Position numbers and translations under genes: made by a program
DNA from: a virus
Strand: one strand, 5' to 3'
DNA length: 64,000 nt
IMG/VR virus record: IMGVR_UViG_3300021088_000005
Location: 1 to 64,000 of that record
Notes under the pieces: generated by a model
Database searches by the model: none
Seen by the model: the letters and a program-made list of their open reading frames with translations, nothing else
Told to the model about the DNA's origin: nothing
In this document: one piece after another, positions 58,189-64,000 of the stretch
Layout of the letters: each line of letters begins with the position of its first letter
Numbering within the stretch: position 1 is the first letter of the stretch

Positions 58189-59343
58189 TTATTTCTTAGC
58201 CTGCGAACGGGATGCGGCGAAAGCTTCTATTTGTGCTCTGATTGCGGGATTACGCATCTTCAGACGCATCGTCGCTCCGTCCCATGACTTAATTTCTTCC
58301 GCTGTGAGTCCTTTCGGGGCTGCTGCACTTGGACGAACGCCTGAGTTCTGTCCAGGTTCAATACCACCGTTGACTCCCGGCCTATGCGCGGCGACTACCG
58401 GATTTGCCGGAGACGCTGCTGGTGCCGGAGCAACTACCTGCGGCTGCACGCTCACAGGTGTTACTGGCTGTTGTACTACTGGTGCTACTACCGGAACCGG
58501 ATTAGCCGGGGGTGTAGGCACGACTGGCTTCTCAACAGGAGCCAGTTCAGATTCCAATGCATGAAAAGCTAGCTCAAGGTTATCGGATGTCCAGGCGAGT
58601 TCGTTCTCCACGAAATACGCCTCGATCATCTTGATATTGGCTTGGCAATTGTTGTAATCGTGCTTGTGATCCGCCAAGAACTTCTGACTTACCATTTGCT
58701 GGCGGTGCAATTCCTGGGCTTCGGCAACTTTCTTGTCTGCCTCTGCCTGAATCTTTCGGGTGTCAGCTTCGTTAACCTTTCGAACAGCTTCTAGCTGCTT
58801 CTGAGGGTCGTCCGACTTCAAGTCCTTCATGTACGCCAATAGCTCTTCGTCTGTCGCCTTTGGAGCGGCTGGTGCTACTGGTTCTTTGAAGGTAAGCTTC
58901 TGCTTCTTCAAGCGGTGAAATGCTCGGGTCGCCTGAACGTGCGCTTCTATGATCTTGCCGCGCATCTCTTCTTCGGTTGCTGCTTCGAGGTGAGTCGGAC
59001 GCCCAATCGGGTTTCCGTCTTCGTCCTTCACCTGATAGTCAACCACAATTTTCTTCGGTGCTACCGAGATTACGGGCTCTACCGGAACAACTTCTGCTAC
59101 AGGGACTACCGGGGTCTCGACCACGGGCTCTGCAACGGTCTCGACTACAGGCTCCGCTACCGGAGTCCTGGACTCGATCTCTGCCTGTGCTGCCTCGACT
59201 TCTGCAATAGGCTTGGCTGCAATGACCTTATAGATGGCTTCGCGCATCTCTGGACGGCGCATCTGGTCTTTCATTGTCTGTCCGTCCCACGATTTAATGT
59301 GATCGAACGTGAGAGTTTCAGGCGTTACGCTTGGTGTTGTCAT
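58189..59343 (-). CDS. Capsid scaffolding protein
   Basis: Between portal and capsid; P/V/E-rich linkers, coiled coil; IKSWDG.TM motif at both termini. Confidence 0.7.
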   Translation of the reverse strand: MTTPSVTPETLTFDHIKSWDGQTMKDQMRRPEMREAIYKVIAAKPIAEVEAAQAEIESRTPVAEPVVETVAEPVVETPVVPVAEVVPVEPVISVAPKKIVVDYQVKDEDGNPIGRPTHLEAATEEEMRGKIIEAHVQATRAFHRLKKQKLTFKEPVAPAAPKATDEELLAYMKDLKSDDPQKQLEAVRKVNEADTRKIQAEADKKVAEAQELHRQQMVSQKFLADHKHDYNNCQANIKMIEAYFVENELAWTSDNLELAFHALESELAPVEKPVVPTPPANPVPVVAPVVQQPVTPVSVQPQVVAPAPAASPANPVVAAHRPGVNGGIEPGQNSGVRPSAAAPKGLTAEEIKSWDGATMRLKMRNPAIRAQIEAFAASRSQAKK

Positions 59344-59674
59344 TATTTAATCCTTTTACTATTCGATTAGGTTCCGGCTTAAGCTCCTTCTCTTCCTGCT
59401 GGACAGTGAGTAATCGTTCTTGTAACTCAATAGTCTGTAGGATTAGAAGGGAGAATTCATTACGTTCGCGAGCCCGTGACTGGAGGGCTTTAAGCTTTCG
59501 CTCATAGCCCTCGTCAGTTGGATTCAAGCTTATAACTTCTTCGGTGGCTCTCTTGCAAGCCGCCATGAACAGCTTTTCTAGAACAGGATATCCAGGTTGA
59601 TGTTTCAGAGCCGATAGAGACACTCTCTCGGTCTGGGTTAGATCACCCGGTTCCATTAGTAGCGGTACTGGCAT
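59318..59674 (-). CDS. Small helical protein downstream of the portal
   Basis: Position and helical composition. Confidence 0.55.
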   Translation of the reverse strand: MPVPLLMEPGDLTQTERVSLSALKHQPGYPVLEKLFMAACKRATEEVISLNPTDEGYERKLKALQSRARERNEFSLLILQTIELQERLLTVQQEEKELKPEPNRIVKGLNNDNTKRNA

Positions 59675-59685
59675 TTATATTCCTT

Positions 59686-61806
59686 TTATAGCGAGGTCTC
59701 TGAGCCGAATGACTCAGGATTATTGCTCGGCTGTCCCTGTTCTTCCATATTCAAACTATGCTCTGTAGCTGCACGTAGGGCTTCCGCGCCAGCCTTGCCC
59801 AAGGTCTTCTGATCTTCCAAAACCTGGTCTTGCTGGAACTTCTGCTGTTGCATAGCCTGCTGACCCTTGATCTGCTGCGCTTGCATTGCGGCAGGAGAGT
59901 TAGCTTCGTATCTTTGTACTTGTTCCGGCGTCATCGGCTTCAAGAAGTCCTGACTGAACTTCCATCCTGCCGCGTCAGTAAATGCCTTGAAGATCGCCAC
60001 TGCGTCAAACATCCAGTGCGCGTCATTGACACTCTTCTGGAACGTCGGGTTGTTCAACAACTGTATGATTACTGGTAGCGCCTGGGCCATTTCCTTCTTT
60101 GCGCCCAACTTTGCGCCTGCTAGGACTTCATACTCGAACTTCGCAGTGCGAAACTCGATATGATCCCCTAGATACTTAGTTCCCATCTCTTCGCCAAGAA
60201 CTCGGCGGAGAACTGATGTTGGGAGCAACAGGTTGTTTAGCTCGTCCATCTGGTAGAGCCACGGTTCGAAAACCTGCTCTACTAAACGGCTGGTGGGTCC
60301 GTCCAATCGAGACGCATTAGCCTGTCCGACTAATGACGCTCCGGTTGCGGAACGCATTCCGGTTGTCTTAACACCCGGACTGCCTGCGCCCATCATAACT
60401 TGTTCGTTAGCGCCTGATGTCTGCTGCGCGGTAGACGCTGCCTGCTGCAAAAACTGCCACGCTTCGCCGGGAACCGGAGGCATCGTCAAGAACTTGAATG
60501 CCTTGTCCACGTCGTCGTCCACGTCGATAATGCCGCCCTGCTTCCAGCGGGTCATCTGCGTAGGAACATTGAATCCCTTCTTACGAATAGCAGTTGGCTG
60601 CAACCCGTATGCAAGTAGATCGAGAGCCAGGTTAGTGATACCCTGCTCTACAACTTGCTCAGGACCGATTAACTGACCGAGACCCTGGCCATAGAAGCTG
60701 TCAGGAAGATCGCGCCAGTTTGCGCTAAAGAATGGAAGCTTACCGTATGGGTTAGCTTCATTCCTGATTAGAATGTTTATGCCGTTGAATGTCAGAACAA
60801 CGATAACCCTATCCTTATCCCATCGCTCAAGGATTTCCATCGGGTTGTCTAGAGGGTTGGCACTGGTCTTCCTGCTTCTCGGAAGAGCCTGCTGCAAATA
60901 CCCCCACATGCCTTCCGGGATGGTCATGCTGATATTGTCTGCGCCGACTGTCGGGGCTGACAAAAAGAATGACTTCAAGTCTGCTTCGCTCGGGATGCTG
61001 TACCCCGGAACACCACGGAGAATGTTTAGATCGTCGTAGGTCGCGTAGTCTCGGTAGATAACCCACTTAGCTTCGCGAATATCACCAACTCGACAACCCA
61101 TGTCAACCAAAACCGTACGGATATCGCAGTACCTGATCCACGGTCGAGAAATCTTAACTGCTTCAACGAATACTTCGTACTCGTCGGAATCGGGCGTATC
61201 AATAGCGGGTGTTGGAGCTATCGAGTCGAGATTAAGCTGTTGAGCCTTGCGGCGAACACTCTTAACCTTATCGTCGCGCTCTAGGTAACCCCACTTGAAT
61301 ATGGTCGTTCCTAGTAGAGCCATCTGGTCTACGCCGCGCTGCATCTGGGTTCTGAACTTCATGTCCCATAGCTGTGCGGAGAACAGAGCAGTCTTGGCTC
61401 GGGTCACGTCTGGCTTCGTTCCCGGACGCGGGCGAAGCAAGAATGGTGGGTCTTCGTAAAACAAACCCTCTATGACCTTAGGGCTGATTGCGCTCAAATG
61501 ATTTGATAGAGTAAACTTCGGAACATTAGCCTGAGCCACGTTTCCGCCGTCAAAAGCTGACGAGTCACGCGGGCTCTGCAAAAGAATCAAACTTTCAGTC
61601 CAGTTAGACGCCCACTGGTTAATGTTGGCGTAGGTGTCAGCAGCCGCAGCATCGTCTATAACAAGCTTTAACGCTGCTTCGTTATCGAACATGTACGCCC
61701 CGGTTTCGGCGTCCTGGGTCATGTTCTCTGATGTTATGGTGCCCACAGGCTCAACCGCTATCCTCTCGATAGTATCGGCTGCATGCTGGTTTAAGGCTTC
61801 CGTCAT
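59686..61806 (-). CDS. Portal protein
   Basis: Follows the terminase; LGTTIFKWG, NPYGKLPF...SFYGQGLG, RSATG, Q-rich C-terminal barrel region. Confidence 0.85.
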   Translation of the reverse strand: MTEALNQHAADTIERIAVEPVGTITSENMTQDAETGAYMFDNEAALKLVIDDAAAADTYANINQWASNWTESLILLQSPRDSSAFDGGNVAQANVPKFTLSNHLSAISPKVIEGLFYEDPPFLLRPRPGTKPDVTRAKTALFSAQLWDMKFRTQMQRGVDQMALLGTTIFKWGYLERDDKVKSVRRKAQQLNLDSIAPTPAIDTPDSDEYEVFVEAVKISRPWIRYCDIRTVLVDMGCRVGDIREAKWVIYRDYATYDDLNILRGVPGYSIPSEADLKSFFLSAPTVGADNISMTIPEGMWGYLQQALPRSRKTSANPLDNPMEILERWDKDRVIVVLTFNGINILIRNEANPYGKLPFFSANWRDLPDSFYGQGLGQLIGPEQVVEQGITNLALDLLAYGLQPTAIRKKGFNVPTQMTRWKQGGIIDVDDDVDKAFKFLTMPPVPGEAWQFLQQAASTAQQTSGANEQVMMGAGSPGVKTTGMRSATGASLVGQANASRLDGPTSRLVEQVFEPWLYQMDELNNLLLPTSVLRRVLGEEMGTKYLGDHIEFRTAKFEYEVLAGAKLGAKKEMAQALPVIIQLLNNPTFQKSVNDAHWMFDAVAIFKAFTDAAGWKFSQDFLKPMTPEQVQRYEANSPAAMQAQQIKGQQAMQQQKFQQDQVLEDQKTLGKAGAEALRAATEHSLNMEEQGQPSNNPESFGSETSL

Positions 61807-61818
61807 CTTGATTCCCTA

Positions 61819-64000
61819 TTACCGTCCCCAATATTTCTTCTTGATATTATCGATTGGAGTTTCCGGCTTCTGTTGTTGCTCTATTTGTTCGGTTCTTCTT
61901 TGAAACACATCGTAGTCTCTTCCGAACATCATGTCATGCTGTGCCTGAAGTAATTTAGCGCCTATTTCCCTATCTTCTTGTGCTAAATCTTGTTGCTGTT
62001 GTTCAGGTGACTTCGGAGTACTGCTAGGAAGATATCGACTAATAAACGACATCGCATCCGGAATGTCATCTTTCCTCGTTCGAGTGCTCTTAGCTCCGGT
62101 GTACTGGCTCAACTGCGTAAAGGTCTCGTCATTCCACGGACCCATAGAGAAGAACAGCCTATCGGCTTTAAGAAGCACTTCGAGCCCTTTGATGCGGTTA
62201 CGTTTTGCGTCGTACCCCTGCTCAACTGGTGCCCAATAGATGTGATAGCACGGCAAACCTGTCTGCTTGAACGCCATCGGGATAGCTAGCGAGATGAAGG
62301 ACTCTAGACCGCCTGTATTCTCGATCTGAATCTTTCTCGGCAACCATTTCTGGTTCATTTTAGCCAAATGGGTTGCTATCTCGGTCTGCGTCCACTTTCC
62401 GTAGTCTACGTCCAACACTACGGTAGCCACGTCGCCGTCTTGAATCCCGGTGTCGGGATTCCTCTTTCTGAAAATCTTCATGGCAATGAAGGTTGACCAA
62501 TCGGAGTTCTTCTTGGCTTCCTTCGCCATGTCGCCCATAATGTAGACATCGCCCTTGAGCGCCGCTGCCTCTGTTGGCAGCATCTGGCGACTCTTCAATA
62601 ACTCTAGAGGGATGTTTACACCGTCGTCGCCCCAAACTGGCTCATTCAGATACTGACAACGGAACGTGTACTCGTTTCTTAGCTTGCCCTGAAGGAACTT
62701 CCAGCTTGCGTGCTCTGGAAAAGTCAGAGTGACCATGTGTTCTTCAAGTTCTTTAACCTTTCGGTTGCCTGGGTTAGCAAATTCAGGCTTAACATACCAC
62801 GCTGCTCTCTTGAACAGCTTAATGCTAAGTTCTTCTGGTTTGTCTTTGGCTGATGTTTCGAGATACCCGTAATAATCATCAGGGAAGTAGCGGGTGCCGA
62901 TGAAATCGATCCAGCCCCAGGTATCGCACACAGACATAGTAGTATCTATGTGATTCTTAAGCTTCTCTCTGGTGATAGGAGTTTGACAGTTGGTATTAGA
63001 TACCACGTCGTCAAACTTCAACACATCACAGTGCAATCCGGACAACGTGGAATCGATAGAGTCCGCCCAAAGAGTTGCGTAAGGACGTTCGATTCTGCGG
63101 GCGGGACACTCTAGCGGTTCATTAGACGTTCCCTTGACTCCACGCAATACGTATTCTGGGAATAATAGATGAAGTGGACTCGGCGTTGCGCCCGCCGCAA
63201 GAAAGAATTTCTTCTTGATCTCGTTCACGAATATCTCTGCAAGGTTGTTATCCGCGCAAAGAATAATCATGGTAATGTCAGGGCATGCAAGCATGTGCTG
63301 AATAGCATCAGCACGTCCAATGGTTGACTTAAAGAAATCGCGGGCGTCCTGAGTCAAAGAAATCCGGTCGTAATTGCACGGGTCTTCGACATCGGTTTGC
63401 GATTTCGGAATATAGTTCTTGGTTTCCGGATTCCATCTCTGCGGAACGCGGTTTTGTCGCTGAATTGCGGAAGTTAGCTCGTGGATGAGATATCCAGGTC
63501 GATAAACTCCGTCATAGTTCTTTGAGACGAACTGATCGCAGACAGTCTGATGGACCCGTTCGATCACTAGGCTGTTACCTAGGACTTCTTGGTTCAGCCA
63601 CAGCAAGTCTTTACGAGCCTGATCGCGTGCGTAAAGCCAATCCGGAAAGTCCAGATAGCCGTCGTCATGGAAGTGGGCACCGTACGTAAATCCGTTCGGT
63701 ACTGGGATTCCATTCTTATCGAACACAGAAGTGAAGCAAACACGTCGTGCTTTGATTGGCTCTATCGCCAGGTCTTCACGACCTTTCTTGGCTTTCTTTG
63801 GTTTTTCCTTTCCGCGTAGCTGATCTTCTTCGGAAAGATACTGGACGCCGATATACAAGTACCACAACTCCTCCATCGGAGTCTTGCTGCTATTGTTTCC
63901 GTCTGCCGGACTCACGTGACCTTCGCCACGAAAATACTTGCCTTCAAGACAACACTCTAGGATTTCCTTGTCCACCTTAGACAAGTCGAGACCTTCGATC
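61819..64000 (-). CDS. terL: Terminase large subunit (frame open to the window edge)
   Basis: ARDFFKST, GLHCDVLKFDD, IGTRY...DYYG, FRCQYLNEP, MGDMA...SDWS, DDIPDAMS. Confidence 0.88.
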   Translation of the reverse strand, partial: IEGLDLSKVDKEILECCLEGKYFRGEGHVSPADGNNSSKTPMEELWYLYIGVQYLSEEDQLRGKEKPKKAKKGREDLAIEPIKARRVCFTSVFDKNGIPVPNGFTYGAHFHDDGYLDFPDWLYARDQARKDLLWLNQEVLGNSLVIERVHQTVCDQFVSKNYDGVYRPGYLIHELTSAIQRQNRVPQRWNPETKNYIPKSQTDVEDPCNYDRISLTQDARDFFKSTIGRADAIQHMLACPDITMIILCADNNLAEIFVNEIKKKFFLAAGATPSPLHLLFPEYVLRGVKGTSNEPLECPARRIERPYATLWADSIDSTLSGLHCDVLKFDDVVSNTNCQTPITREKLKNHIDTTMSVCDTWGWIDFIGTRYFPDDYYGYLETSAKDKPEELSIKLFKRAAWYVKPEFANPGNRKVKELEEHMVTLTFPEHASWKFLQGKLRNEYTFRCQYLNEPVWGDDGVNIPLELLKSRQMLPTEAAALKGDVYIMGDMAKEAKKNSDWSTFIAMKIFRKRNPDTGIQDGDVATVVLDVDYGKWTQTEIATHLAKMNQKWLPRKIQIENTGGLESFISLAIPMAFKQTGLPCYHIYWAPVEQGYDAKRNRIKGLEVLLKADRLFFSMGPWNDETFTQLSQYTGAKSTRTRKDDIPDAMSFISRYLPSSTPKSPEQQQQDLAQEDREIGAKLLQAQHDMMFGRDYDVFQRRTEQIEQQQKPETPIDNIKKKYWGR

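Noticed and set aside
1-64000. Alternative genetic code or inteins
   Set aside because: Core genes are full length in the standard code with all three stops in use; no intein-sized inserts with C...HN ends in polymerase, helicase or terminase.

Overview
Most of a ~64 kb (or larger) tailed-phage genome, probably a temperate podovirus of a diderm host; both ends cut through genes. The + strand (1-35.8 kb) carries replication and recombination genes (Prim-Pol, ThyX, family A polymerase, annealing protein, UvrD, PD-(D/E)XK nuclease, ligase). It also has many small accessory genes behind sigma70-type promoters, phosphoesterases, a GH108 lysin, a tRNA-like RNA, a tyrosine integrase, a BCS1-like AAA ATPase and an NAD+-reconstitution (NARP1-type) gene pair. 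The - strand (35.7-64 kb) is the virion module: terminase, portal, scaffold, capsid, two adaptors, nozzle, fibres and ejection proteins. Highlights: (1) the 1705-aa ejection protein has two M41-like peptidase domains, each followed by a small homologous gene overprinted in another frame, a candidate nested effector/inhibitor system; (2) a DUF3494 ice-binding domain is inserted in a tail adaptor; (3) an ORF-less group I intron splits the capsid gene, next to a free-standing GIY-YIG endonuclease; (4) a mini-gene array is bounded by RBS-containing repeats; (5) a structured RNA and an aberrant tRNA-like element sit behind their own promoter. All calls come from reading motifs by eye; no searches were run.
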